A program made the translations under genes and the position numbers. Source: Candidatus Bathyarchaeia archaeon (GTDB lineage Archaea; Thermoproteota; Bathyarchaeia; Bathyarchaeales; Bathycorpusculaceae). From it: a stretch of 64,000 nucleotides of DNA. This document shows positions 39,879 to 49,003 of this stretch, piece after piece. How positions within the stretch are numbered: position 1 is the stretch's first letter; every line of letters starts with the position of its first letter. The notes beneath the pieces were generated by a model, which was not told the origin of the DNA, ran no database searches, and saw nothing but the letters and a program-made list of their open reading frames with translations. The stretch is from contig JBEKTQ010000007.1 in assembly GCA_049515895.1 (NCBI GenBank), positions 96,001-160,000 on the forward strand, written 5' to 3'.

Positions 39879-40934
39879 TCACATCGGATGGAATCCAGTG
39901 CTCTTCAGGCCAGTGGTCTCATCAATGCCCAGCTGTATATTCATGCATTGCACGGCTTGGCCTGATGCGCCCTTGGTCATGTTGTCGATTGCAGAGAAAA
40001 GCAAAAGACGATTCGCGTGTTCATCAATCTCGAAGCCGATATCGCAAAAGTTTGTGCCTAAAGTAACTTTCGGGTCGGGCAACTGATAAGGTCCCTTCTG
40101 ATACTTCACTAAGCGCACGAAGGGTTCATTCCCGTACATTCCCCGAAGAACTCTCCAAAGGTCTTTGTTCTCCAACTTCTGTTTAGGAAAAGTATGAATA
40201 GTCGCCAGAATCCCCCGGACCATATTGACTGCATGTGGGGTAAACGAGATTTTAACTGGGTCGCTGCTCAACGCGTTAAGTTCTTGTTCAACCTCGGCAG
40301 TGTGACGGTGACCAGCTACTTGGTAGGGCCGTACTCCACTGAAGCGTTCAGGATGATGAGAGGAAATAGACGGTTTGCTGCCTCCGCCTGAAGAACCAAC
40401 CTTGAGATCTACAACAATTTTGTCTTTATCAACCAGCCCAGCCTTCACTATAGGTGCTAAACCCAAAATGGCGGATGTTGCCATGCAGCCTGGGCAACCG
40501 ATTAACTTCGCGTTTTTTATTTCTTCACGGTGAAGTTCGGGCAACCCATATGCGGCGCCTTTTAGCATTTCAGGGTGAGCATGCTTCCAACCATAATAAG
40601 TTTCGTAATCAGCTGGGTTTTTGAGGCGGAAATCAGCGCTCATATCGATTACCTTTAAGCCCGCCTCCAAAAGTTTGGGAACAAGATTCACTGAACCCCC
40701 ATGCGGCGTAGCTGTGAATATCAGATCGCAGTTTTTCTGCAACTCAGCCACGTCTAAGGGCACAAATTTCAACTGGGTTAAACCCCGCAGGTTCGGATGG
40801 ACGTTGAAAACGAATTCTCCTGCGCTTTGCCGCGATATAACCATGGTTACCTCTGCTTGGGGATGAAGAAGCAGCAGCCGCAGGAGTTCACTGCCAACGT
40901 ACCCCGAACCACCGATTATTCCAACTCGCACCAT
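39879..40934 (-). CDS. lysY: [LysW]-aminoadipate/glutamate phosphate reductase
   Basis: GGSGYVG, VHPNLRG, DMSADFR, GCPGCMAT, HHPER, IDNMTKGASGQA. Confidence 0.93.
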   Translation of the reverse strand: MVRVGIIGGSGYVGSELLRLLLLHPQAEVTMVISRQSAGEFVFNVHPNLRGLTQLKFVPLDVAELQKNCDLIFTATPHGGSVNLVPKLLEAGLKVIDMSADFRLKNPADYETYYGWKHAHPEMLKGAAYGLPELHREEIKNAKLIGCPGCMATSAILGLAPIVKAGLVDKDKIVVDLKVGSSGGGSKPSISSHHPERFSGVRPYQVAGHRHTAEVEQELNALSSDPVKISFTPHAVNMVRGILATIHTFPKQKLENKDLWRVLRGMYGNEPFVRLVKYQKGPYQLPDPKVTLGTNFCDIGFEIDEHANRLLLFSAIDNMTKGASGQAVQCMNIQLGIDETTGLKSTGFHPM

Positions 40935-40959
40935 TTTTCATTCTTCCTTTTTCATTTGA

Positions 40960-42144
40960 TTAATGGTCTATTAGGCTTTGAGCAGCCTTCAGTAGGGGAA
41001 CCGCAACGTTAAGCCCCGTTGCGAGTCTAGTATTCTCCCAGAACTCGGGACACGAATTTGATTCATGAAACACAAGAGCGCTTTTATTTTTTTCTACGCT
41101 CTCTTCAATGATGTTTTTGATATTTTCGTAAGAGTCACTGTTCGCGTAAATCTGGAATGCTTTTTCCAGCTTTGTGGTCCAAACTTGAAAATCAGTTAGG
41201 CGCATCTGATCTTGCTTAACTTTCTGAACGGGCAAAAACGCTTGTCCAGCCTTATCTAACTGGCCCTTAAGGTAAACATCATCAACATTTTTGTTTTCCT
41301 GATGGTTCACCATTGCATCCAATGCGAAAATCCATGCTTCGCTGCCTTTGCCCAACGTCTTGCCACATTTCACCGCAAGTTCCTGAATTGTTTTGGGTAG
41401 CTTGGCACCGAAAACTAAGTTGCCCAAGAAAGTGTTGGTTCTAAAATCTTTAAAACCGGCTCTTGCCATCGCAGTTGGGTAACAGACAGGCTGCTTGCCT
41501 TTTTCTTTTGAGACGATAATCCGCAGGTCGTAAAACCACTTTTCAACCAGTTCCTGCGCGACTACGCCAACTGGATTGATGATTGACGGTTTTGTTTCCT
41601 TTATGTTACTGATAAGCTCCTCAGTATTTTTCGACAGCATGATCATCTTGCCATGCGTCCCAGCGTCAGCTTTAATAACAATGCCGTCTGACAGGGGGAT
41701 TTCTTGCTGGATTAGATCTGCTATGTCTTTCTCATTATGGATTTCTTGCCCATTCTTGAGGGTGTCAGTTGCGTCGCATGGCACATAAACTGTCTTGGGA
41801 ATTGGCAAGCCTTCCTTCCACAGCTTCAGCAAAGTGCGCAGTTTGCTGTAGCAGACAAATTCGGTTTGAGACGTGTTCAAAGTTTTTTTTCCAAGCTGTT
41901 CCATCATGTAAGAAGCTTGGAGGCGACGGTTTTTGCTTTGCGCGCGGTTAAGCACGACCGCGACGTCTTTGACTATTCTCGTATAGTCTTTGCCTTTAGT
42001 TTTAGCATTGAAACCGTCTTTGAAAATCGAGATAGCGATTTTTCTGAAGGGCAGAAAAGTCAAATCAACATCTAATTGTTGAGCAGTTAGTTTGATGCCG
42101 TTTTCATCGTTTTCGGACCGTTCATACAAAAGAGCAATGCTCAT
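40960..42144 (-). CDS. lysX: divergent LysX/ArgX (RimK-like ATP-grasp) LysW ligase with large insertion
   Basis: LNR, K.RT, P.T, K...G.HG, QE, DLR, FRTN, ExN..PEF; lies between lysW and lysY. Confidence 0.7.
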   Translation of the reverse strand: MSIALLYERSENDENGIKLTAQQLDVDLTFLPFRKIAISIFKDGFNAKTKGKDYTRIVKDVAVVLNRAQSKNRRLQASYMMEQLGKKTLNTSQTEFVCYSKLRTLLKLWKEGLPIPKTVYVPCDATDTLKNGQEIHNEKDIADLIQQEIPLSDGIVIKADAGTHGKMIMLSKNTEELISNIKETKPSIINPVGVVAQELVEKWFYDLRIIVSKEKGKQPVCYPTAMARAGFKDFRTNTFLGNLVFGAKLPKTIQELAVKCGKTLGKGSEAWIFALDAMVNHQENKNVDDVYLKGQLDKAGQAFLPVQKVKQDQMRLTDFQVWTTKLEKAFQIYANSDSYENIKNIIEESVEKNKSALVFHESNSCPEFWENTRLATGLNVAVPLLKAAQSLIDH

Positions 42145-42214
42145 CGCTTCTCTGCCTCCACCAAAAAATATTCAAGAAACTGAGTCAAATGAAGGCTTAG
42201 CGGTGAATAACTGG

Positions 42215-42421
42215 TTATTCTCCCCAGTCTTCCCCTTCAATTGTTAACTCTTGAAGGTCTACGCATCCGCCTTTAACCTGTTTAACTTCGAGTTCAAGTC
42301 CGCAACCCGGGCAACTGAGGATTTCTCCTTTCTCTGCGTCAACTGGAACATCAAGCTCGGCGTCACAGTCAGGGCATTTTGCTTTCATGTTTTGGGAATT
42401 TGAATTTACAGGTTTAATCAT
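42215..42421 (-). CDS. lysW: amino-group carrier protein LysW (start 42421 or 42388)
   Basis: CPDC...CPGCG zinc ribbon and invariant C-terminal EDWGE. Confidence 0.96.
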   Translation of the reverse strand: MIKPVNSNSQNMKAKCPDCDAELDVPVDAEKGEILSCPGCGLELEVKQVKGGCVDLQELTIEGEDWGE

Positions 42422-42488
42422 TTTTTATTCGTCACTTTATTTTTTATAGGAAATGACTTTTTCATTAATTCAATACTAAATTTAAACA

Positions 42489-42508
42489 TTGTGACTAATT
42501 TGTTACAA
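42489..42508. promoter_or_regulatory. palindromic operator between lysW and the divergent Lrp gene
   Basis: TTGTGAC-TAATTT-GTTACAA (6 of 7 arm positions match); same TGAC-N6-GTYA core as the leuC site. Confidence 0.5.
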
Positions 42509-42670
42509 CTTGAACTACTAATGTTCCATTTGGTGCACCCGCCAAAAACGCTGAAAGTCACAAGAACATTCAACAAACGAGAAAAAATGACGAAAAACGT
42601 ACCATGGACCAGCATCCACAAGGGAAAACGTTAAATTTTCCACAAAGTAATAACCAATCGGCGGCAACAG

Positions 42671-43081
42671 ATGGACGAAAAAGACAAAGAAATACTCAAG
42701 CTTCTAAAAGACGACGCAAGAGCAGGCTACGGAGACATCGGAGCAAAAATCGGGCTTTCAGAAGGCGCAGTCCGAAAAAGAATCAAAACGTTAACCGACG
42801 AAGGAATAATACGAAAATTCACCGTTAAGATCAGCCTCACGGAAGGTGCTCAAGCCATAACTTTACTTACAGCAAACACCGCCTGCCCAACGCAGGAAGT
42901 GTCAAAGAAGATCCAGGCGATCCCGAACGTTGAAACAACTTACGAGGTCAGCGGCGAATACGACATTGTCGCAGTCATCGGCGGCATGAACATGACTGAA
43001 GTAAACGAATGCATCGAAAAAATCCGCATGGTTGAAGGAATAGTCAAAACCAACACAATGATCGTTCTCCGCAGTTCCTGA
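42671..43081 (+). CDS. lysM: Lrp/AsnC-family regulator (LysM-like)
   Basis: MDEKD..IL..L..DAR, GLSEGAVRKRI, YEVSGEYDI; divergent from lysW. Confidence 0.8.
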   Translation: MDEKDKEILKLLKDDARAGYGDIGAKIGLSEGAVRKRIKTLTDEGIIRKFTVKISLTEGAQAITLLTANTACPTQEVSKKIQAIPNVETTYEVSGEYDIVAVIGGMNMTEVNECIEKIRMVEGIVKTNTMIVLRSS

Positions 43082-43224
43082 TGCGGCTAACTCCGTGATT
43101 GCGGGCGGCCGAAAATAGTTTTCCCCTCGGATTCGTAGGTGTGTTGAACAGACAGGAAGTTGAAGGCAGAATTAATAATGTTTATTAATATTCCAGATAC
43201 ATGCTTTTGTTGGAGCTGTAGAAA

Positions 43225-43869
43225 ATGAATGAAAAGCTGCAAGAAAGCGCTCAGTACCTGAAGTGCTTCAACAACATGGAGATTGAAGCTTTCCGGGTTT
43301 ATGAAGCGCTATCTAAGAAGATCAACCAGCCTGAAAGCAGTTTTGTTTTGGGGTTAGGCTATGACAGCCTTAAATGCTCAAAAATCCTTCAAGGGATACT
43401 CAGCCATCTTGACCTCTCTCAGATCGAAGGCTTAGAATGCAAAAAAGAAATTGCGGAGTTAGCAGCCGAAATTTCGAGGTTTACCAAAGTATTATCTACC
43501 ATTAACAACTTGAGTCCCCTGCTTAGCTGCGAAATAATGAGTGAACTAATCAACATGGAGGACCTCTTGAACGAGACCTATACGAATTACCTGCAGGGTT
43601 CAGCCACCAAGTTTGTCGCGGACGAGTTTTCAGCGTTGATCCCCCAAAGCTCAAACAACTTTAAGCGAATCTTCGATTCGTTCGTTGAAGAAAAAGAAAG
43701 ACACCGCCAAACCCTCATCGAAGTTATCTACAGCCTAGAATCCAAAGAAGCCGAAAAAATCCGGCATGTAACACCAGTTGTCAAATACCAAAACCCCGAC
43801 TCATGGTACCACGAATCAACAATCCACGCCTTCACAAGGATCCCAATAAGGGCCAAAAACCAGCCTTAA
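43225..43869 (+). CDS. ferritin-like (rubrerythrin-type) four-helix protein, hypothetical
   Basis: Duplicated pattern E.....Y..L ... DS.K(C) and E.....Y ... E.ERH. Confidence 0.55.
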   Translation: MNEKLQESAQYLKCFNNMEIEAFRVYEALSKKINQPESSFVLGLGYDSLKCSKILQGILSHLDLSQIEGLECKKEIAELAAEISRFTKVLSTINNLSPLLSCEIMSELINMEDLLNETYTNYLQGSATKFVADEFSALIPQSSNNFKRIFDSFVEEKERHRQTLIEVIYSLESKEAEKIRHVTPVVKYQNPDSWYHESTIHAFTRIPIRAKNQP

Positions 43870-44121
43870 TCCAAGTCAACTCAAGATCAGTTTCTCCCTG
43901 TTTCTTTAGTGGCAGGCAAAATCTAGCTTTCAACGCGTGTTTCTGTAATCGCTGGAAAGGAAATTCAATCCTACCTCTATTTCTCTGCCAAAACTAACTT
44001 TCATTGCTAACATTTTTGACAATCGCTATTCGTTTTCACTTTCACCTACCCCTCCACTCCCTTGCACGGCAGTTTCTCAGTTCGCCTTTTAACCAACCCC
44101 AAACGATAAGCCTGACTCAAG

Positions 44122-44367
44122 GTGGTTCACATCAAAAAGAAAACAGCACTCTTAACCGAGCAAGAAGACTTCCAGCTTGACTTGACACTTCATGACGTTC
44201 CAGCTTCTCTGATCAGCGAGTTTGCAGAGAAAATCGTAGGGCCTTACTACAACGGCAATTTGAACCTTGCCATACAAGACCTGATAGGAAAAATCCTGTC
44301 AGAGCAAGAATTTGTACATTCACACATAACGCATGTCAAAAATCCGGTCGCGCACAAAAACAAGTAA
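44122..44367 (+). CDS. small hypothetical protein (possibly RHH-like)
   Basis: 81-aa ORF with GTG start in an otherwise empty gap; strand-helix-helix-like pattern. Confidence 0.55.
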   Translation: MVHIKKKTALLTEQEDFQLDLTLHDVPASLISEFAEKIVGPYYNGNLNLAIQDLIGKILSEQEFVHSHITHVKNPVAHKNK

Positions 44368-44417
44368 ACTCAACAACTGACTATTATTTTCGTGGCTAAT
44401 CGCTACTCAAAACTATT

Positions 44418-45134
44418 TTATTCCAATCTTTTCCGCAGAATTTTCTCGACACCGCTTGTTTTTCCGATGTAGACAATATCTGTTAAGTTGACAAAAAAGC
44501 CTGTTTCCACAACTCCCGGAATCATTTTTATCTTAACTTCCAATTCACCCGGATTGGCGATTTCGCCGAAATAGCAATCTAAAATGGCATTACCGTTGTC
44601 TGTTATTGTCGGGCCTAGTTTGCCTTTTCCCTCACGCAGCACAGGATGACCGCCAGCAGCAACGATTTTTCGTTTAACCAGTGAAATAGCGAACGGCAAA
44701 ATCTCAACGGGTACACCTTGATCTTTTTCGCCCAGCAACTTGACTTTTTTGTTCTCGTCAGCAATAATGATGTTTAGTTTTGAGGCTGCTGCAACAATCT
44801 TTTCCCTCGCCAAAGCTGCTCCCATGCCCTTGATTAAATACAATTCAGGGGTAACCTGGTCTGCCCCATCAATGGTTACGTCAACTTCTGAGTGCTCATC
44901 CAAAGTTGTGATCGGAATTCTGCGTTCGACCGCTAGCAGGAAAGCTTGATATGAAGTGGGAATACCCATAATGTGCAGGTTTTCACGTTTCGCTCTTTCT
45001 CCAAGGGCTTCGACGGCAAACGCGGCTGTGCTTCCACTGCCTAAACCTACAATAAATCCATCTTTGACATGATTTACCGCGGCCAACGCTGCATTCCGCT
45101 TTGCCTCTTGAATTGGATCAAGGTTAGCTTTCAA
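44418..45134 (-). CDS. rpiA: ribose-5-phosphate isomerase A
   Basis: GLGSGST, DGADQV, IKG.GAALAREK, TDNGN, PGVVETG. Confidence 0.96.
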   Translation of the reverse strand: MKANLDPIQEAKRNAALAAVNHVKDGFIVGLGSGSTAAFAVEALGERAKRENLHIMGIPTSYQAFLLAVERRIPITTLDEHSEVDVTIDGADQVTPELYLIKGMGAALAREKIVAAASKLNIIIADENKKVKLLGEKDQGVPVEILPFAISLVKRKIVAAGGHPVLREGKGKLGPTITDNGNAILDCYFGEIANPGELEVKIKMIPGVVETGFFVNLTDIVYIGKTSGVEKILRKRLE

Positions 45135-45873
45135 TTTCCATCTGCCCCAGCTTATCTAGAACCTTCTCAACTTCACTTCGAATCGACTCAATCCTTTTCT
45201 CAGCCTCAGTTTTAGCATCAGGTTTCTCTTCAGATGGCTTACGTTTCCGCTTCTGCTTTTCCTCGCCAGCGGTTTCTTCCTCTTCCTCCGCCTCATCAAT
45301 TTTCTCCATTTGCGAAGCAGGCGCCGTTGTGGGCATTTTTACAGGTATCTCTTTTATCGGTTTGACGTCGATTCTGGTTCTCAACTCCTCAACCTTAGAC
45401 GTCAATTCCGTAAAGCGCTCGCTGAAAAGCTTCATCAAATCTTCCTGCATATCTTCAAGGTCATGTAGCGCAACTATCGATTCATCTTTTGAAATGGATT
45501 CCTTAATTGACATCATTCTTGCTGTGTATGTTCCAGCAAGCTTCTCGCGTTCTTGCTCGTTAATTTTACCTTCAGCTTGAGCTTCATAAAGACGGCGAAT
45601 CGCGTCGCTTAAAATTTCCCGCTCCAAATCCAGCATCCGCAACTCATTTTTGGCGGTGGAAGCTGTAGATGCCTGAACACTCTTGGAGATTTTGAACGGT
45701 GAAGCTGAATAATCAAGGTCCGAATCGCTCGCCAATGTTTGGGTCCGCTGTGGTTTTTTCTTCGGCGGAGTCTTGTTGCTGAGGCGTCTCATGGCGTAAA
45801 TGACTACTCCGCATGCGAAAATTATCACTACCGCAACTGCAGTGACCCATAATGGATCGTCATACCAAGCCAT
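45124..45873 (-). CDS. single-pass membrane coiled-coil hypothetical protein
   Basis: N-terminal TM helix followed by heptad-rich charged helices. Confidence 0.7.
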   Translation of the reverse strand: MAWYDDPLWVTAVAVVIIFACGVVIYAMRRLSNKTPPKKKPQRTQTLASDSDLDYSASPFKISKSVQASTASTAKNELRMLDLEREILSDAIRRLYEAQAEGKINEQEREKLAGTYTARMMSIKESISKDESIVALHDLEDMQEDLMKLFSERFTELTSKVEELRTRIDVKPIKEIPVKMPTTAPASQMEKIDEAEEEEETAGEEKQKRKRKPSEEKPDAKTEAEKRIESIRSEVEKVLDKLGQMEIES

Positions 45874-45972
45874 GCCTAGCTGTCCTCGGTATCTTGATTA
45901 TGTACCATTAATATATAAATTATACAAATCTTAGAGGATTTTCAGGATTGGGAGCCAAGAAACTTGTTGTTT

Positions 45973-46803
45973 TCACTTTTGTCTGTCTAATGTTTTAAGC
46001 ATGCCTCCTGACTGATACCCTCCTAAATCAACGGTTACGTACTTAAAACCAAGCCTTTTCAAGGATTCACACACGGTGTCCAAAACATTGACGTTGCAGA
46101 AAACAAGTCGCTCCGTTTTTCCCACTTCTATTCTGGCTAAGCCGCTGTGGTCTCTCACCCGAACTTGCTTAGCACCAGTTATCGCTTTCACGGCTTGCTC
46201 CGCTTTGTCAATTCGGGTTAACTTTTCGGCCGTGATTCTCTCGTTGAACGGTATCCTCGACGCCAAACACGCTAAAGCAAGCTTTCCATGGACGCTGAGC
46301 CCCATTTCTTTTGCCACTTGCCGAATTTCGTCCTTTGTAAACTTGTTGAGCATCCACGGACTGTACACGTTTTTTGTTTCTTTAACGGCTTGGAAGCCTG
46401 GCCTGTGATCATTCAAATCGGAGAAGTTTGTGCCTTCAAAAACAGCTTCGAATTCGATTTCATGTGCAAAGTCGCTTAGGTTTTTGAGAAGTGCTTTTTT
46501 GCAGTAGTAGCAGCGGTTTTCTGGGTTTCGGCTAAAATCCTCGTTTGATAACTCGTCAGTTTCAATTATGAATAGTTTGATGCCTATTTCCTTGGCTACT
46601 CTCTTGGCATCCTCTAGTTCTTCAGAGGTGTAAGTGGGCGACTGAGCGATAACAGCCACCGCTTTCTCGCCCAGAACCTCGCGGCTTATCGCCGCTAGAG
46701 TTGAGCTGTCTACACCTCCGGAGAAAGCGATTACTGCTCCGTTTTTCCCAGTTTCTCTGATGAAATGTCGAAGCTGCTCAAGTTTGTGGCTTAACTCTTC
46801 CAT
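45973..46803 (-). CDS. larE: ATP-dependent sacrificial sulfur transferase LarE
   Basis: SGGVDS, RCYYCK, DHRPG, ACLASRIP, QVRVR. Confidence 0.93.
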   Translation of the reverse strand: MEELSHKLEQLRHFIRETGKNGAVIAFSGGVDSSTLAAISREVLGEKAVAVIAQSPTYTSEELEDAKRVAKEIGIKLFIIETDELSNEDFSRNPENRCYYCKKALLKNLSDFAHEIEFEAVFEGTNFSDLNDHRPGFQAVKETKNVYSPWMLNKFTKDEIRQVAKEMGLSVHGKLALACLASRIPFNERITAEKLTRIDKAEQAVKAITGAKQVRVRDHSGLARIEVGKTERLVFCNVNVLDTVCESLKRLGFKYVTVDLGGYQSGGMLKTLDRQK

Positions 46804-46812
46804 GCCGATTAC

Positions 46813-48063
46813 CTATTTTGAATAAAAAAGTTCTCTTGCACGTGAAACCGCCATTTCCGAGAGTTCTCTGAGGGGCTTGTTAGTTTTTTCCGCGAGCCTT
46901 TTAAGGTCATCGTACTCGGGTTTTATGCGGATAATGCTTCCATCAGTGTTCTTGGCGATTTTGACTTTCACAAGTTCCTTTGTTCCGCCAACGAGCAAGT
47001 CGACTGAGGATAGTTCCCGATTTATGATGTGCCTTTCACACGGGTAAACCCTGACGCCTAGCGTTCCAGTCTCTTCAATCAGCACGCGGGAAAGACGTTT
47101 GGCATCTTTTTGGTCAGCAACAACCTTGACTATTTGCCCCGGCCTGTTCTTTTTAGTGAACATAGGAATAATGCTAACGTCCTTTGCCCCTTCGGCAAAA
47201 AGCCTGTCAACAGCATGCCCCACGATTTCTCCTGAAACGTCATCAATGTTGGTTTCCAACAATGCAATCTGATCCGTCATCAAACAGTTCTCTAAAGGCT
47301 TACCTACCACTATTCGAAGAATGTTGGGGATTTCAGCAAAATCTTTACCGCCTGCGCCGTAACCAACTTCCAAAGGAGCCATTTCAGGGTAAAAACGGCT
47401 AACTGCTTCGGCCAAATTGACTATTATTGATGCACCAGTAGGTGTAGCTAATTCAGACTCGACAGGTCCCCCTTTGATCGGAAAATTTCTTGACTGAAAA
47501 ATAGCCAACGCCGCGGGCGAGGGGCTTGAGACTATACCATGTGAGAACTGAAACGTTCCTCCCCCCACAGATACGGGGGTCGAAACTATCTTCGCCGCAA
47601 AGAAGCCGAGGTCTTCCAAGGCAACAGCTGACCCAATAATTTCGGCAGCAGTGTCAACCAATCCGACCTCATGCAGATGCGCGTCCGCTAAGTTGTGTCC
47701 ATGAAGCTTCGCCTCGGCGTCAACGAGCGTGTGGATGACATTTGAGGCAAACTGCCTTGATTTGGCGGAAAGATCTATCGTTTTCGCTGTTTTTTCGACT
47801 ATCGCTATAAGTTGTTTGCCGTCTTTTCTGGATTTTCCTTCAGCTGTGACATCGACTTTGGTAGCTAAAAACCCTTTGCGAACAACTTGCCTTATGTCCA
47901 CTGACACGTTCTTGTAACCGTTTTCGGCCCTTTCTAAGCTCATTATTGCTGAAGTCACTCTTTCTTTGTTTGCGCCCAGATCCAGTAGCGCGCCTAGCAC
48001 CATGTCTCCTGAAACACCAGCGACTTGGCAGTCAACGACAACTATTTTAGAAAACTCAGTCAT
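46813..48063 (-). CDS. larC: nickel-pincer cofactor nickel insertase LarC
   Basis: GVSGDM.LGAL, HLHEVG..D, TPTGA, ETNIDD, MFTKKNRPG, TGTLGVR, PEYDD. Confidence 0.93.
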   Translation of the reverse strand: MTEFSKIVVVDCQVAGVSGDMVLGALLDLGANKERVTSAIMSLERAENGYKNVSVDIRQVVRKGFLATKVDVTAEGKSRKDGKQLIAIVEKTAKTIDLSAKSRQFASNVIHTLVDAEAKLHGHNLADAHLHEVGLVDTAAEIIGSAVALEDLGFFAAKIVSTPVSVGGGTFQFSHGIVSSPSPAALAIFQSRNFPIKGGPVESELATPTGASIIVNLAEAVSRFYPEMAPLEVGYGAGGKDFAEIPNILRIVVGKPLENCLMTDQIALLETNIDDVSGEIVGHAVDRLFAEGAKDVSIIPMFTKKNRPGQIVKVVADQKDAKRLSRVLIEETGTLGVRVYPCERHIINRELSSVDLLVGGTKELVKVKIAKNTDGSIIRIKPEYDDLKRLAEKTNKPLRELSEMAVSRARELFYSK

Positions 48064-48141
48064 TATGTTTCGACCGCTTGTTAATATAAAAAAAGCCAAA
48101 AACGATATATTACTTGTGGTTTAATGGCAAGTGATTAAATC

Positions 48142-48927
48142 ATGAGTGCGTTGAAGGATATTTTGGAAAAAACTGCTAAAGGCGAGCTAACGATTGAGGA
48201 AGCAGAAAAACTTGTGCGTTTGCAAGCTGTCGCTGAGCTTGAAGGCGTAGCGAAGATAGATTTTAACAGAGAACAGAGAAAAGGCATTCCAGAAATAATC
48301 TTGGCGGAAAACAAAACGGTGTCGGATGTGATCGACATAACTCAGCGAATGATGCATGAAAGCGGACGAGTAATTGTCAGCAGGTGCAGCCAGCAACAGA
48401 TTCAAGCCCTCAAAGATGCGTTTCCAAATGAAACCGTTTTTGAAGTAAATGACAAAGCAAGAATAGCAGTCGTAAAAACCAAGGATTATACCGTGAAAAG
48501 TACTGGAGGAAAAATTGGGATTTTGACGGCCGGTACTTCTGATATTCCTGTAGCTGAAGAGGCAAAGGTTATTGCGGAAGAGATGGGTTGTGCCGTTTAC
48601 GCTTCGTATGATTTGGGTGTGGCTGGTATCCACAGGTTGCTTTCGCCGCTGAAGGACTTAATCTTAAAGGATGTTGACGTTATCATTGTTGTCGCAGGCA
48701 GAGAAGGTGCCCTTTGCTCCGTAGTCGCTGGGTTAGTTAGTGTTCCCGTGATTGCGGTTCCAACGTCAAACAGTTACGGTTTCGGCGAAAAAGGAGTAAG
48801 CACGCTAATGGCCATGCTGCAGTCATGCTCGTTAGGTTTGTCAGTTGTTAACATTGACGCCGGAGTTGCGGCGGGCGCTGCGGCAACGTTAATCGCTAAT
48901 CGGGCCGCGAAATTCAGGGAAAAATAA
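48142..48927 (+). CDS. larB: nickel-pincer cofactor carboxylase/hydrolase LarB
   Basis: TAGTSDIPVAEEA, GVAGIHRL, AVPTS..YG, ML.SC, VNID. Confidence 0.93.
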   Translation: MSALKDILEKTAKGELTIEEAEKLVRLQAVAELEGVAKIDFNREQRKGIPEIILAENKTVSDVIDITQRMMHESGRVIVSRCSQQQIQALKDAFPNETVFEVNDKARIAVVKTKDYTVKSTGGKIGILTAGTSDIPVAEEAKVIAEEMGCAVYASYDLGVAGIHRLLSPLKDLILKDVDVIIVVAGREGALCSVVAGLVSVPVIAVPTSNSYGFGEKGVSTLMAMLQSCSLGLSVVNIDAGVAAGAAATLIANRAAKFREK

Positions 48928-49003
48928 CCTTGATTATTTTTAAAATTGGAACTTTCAGCATAGGGGATTCGACCGAACAGGTTGTTTGTGAGTTTAGATA
49001 GAA

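Noticed and set aside
40960-42144. Intein as the explanation for the LysX insertion
   Set aside because: No Cys/Ser start block or His-Asn end motif at the insert boundaries, and it is shorter than typical mini-inteins.
42418-42621. 67-aa ORF spanning the lysW-lysM intergenic region
   Set aside because: It crosses promoter and operator elements and has no protein features; only its Lys-rich 3' end is kept as a weak leader candidate.
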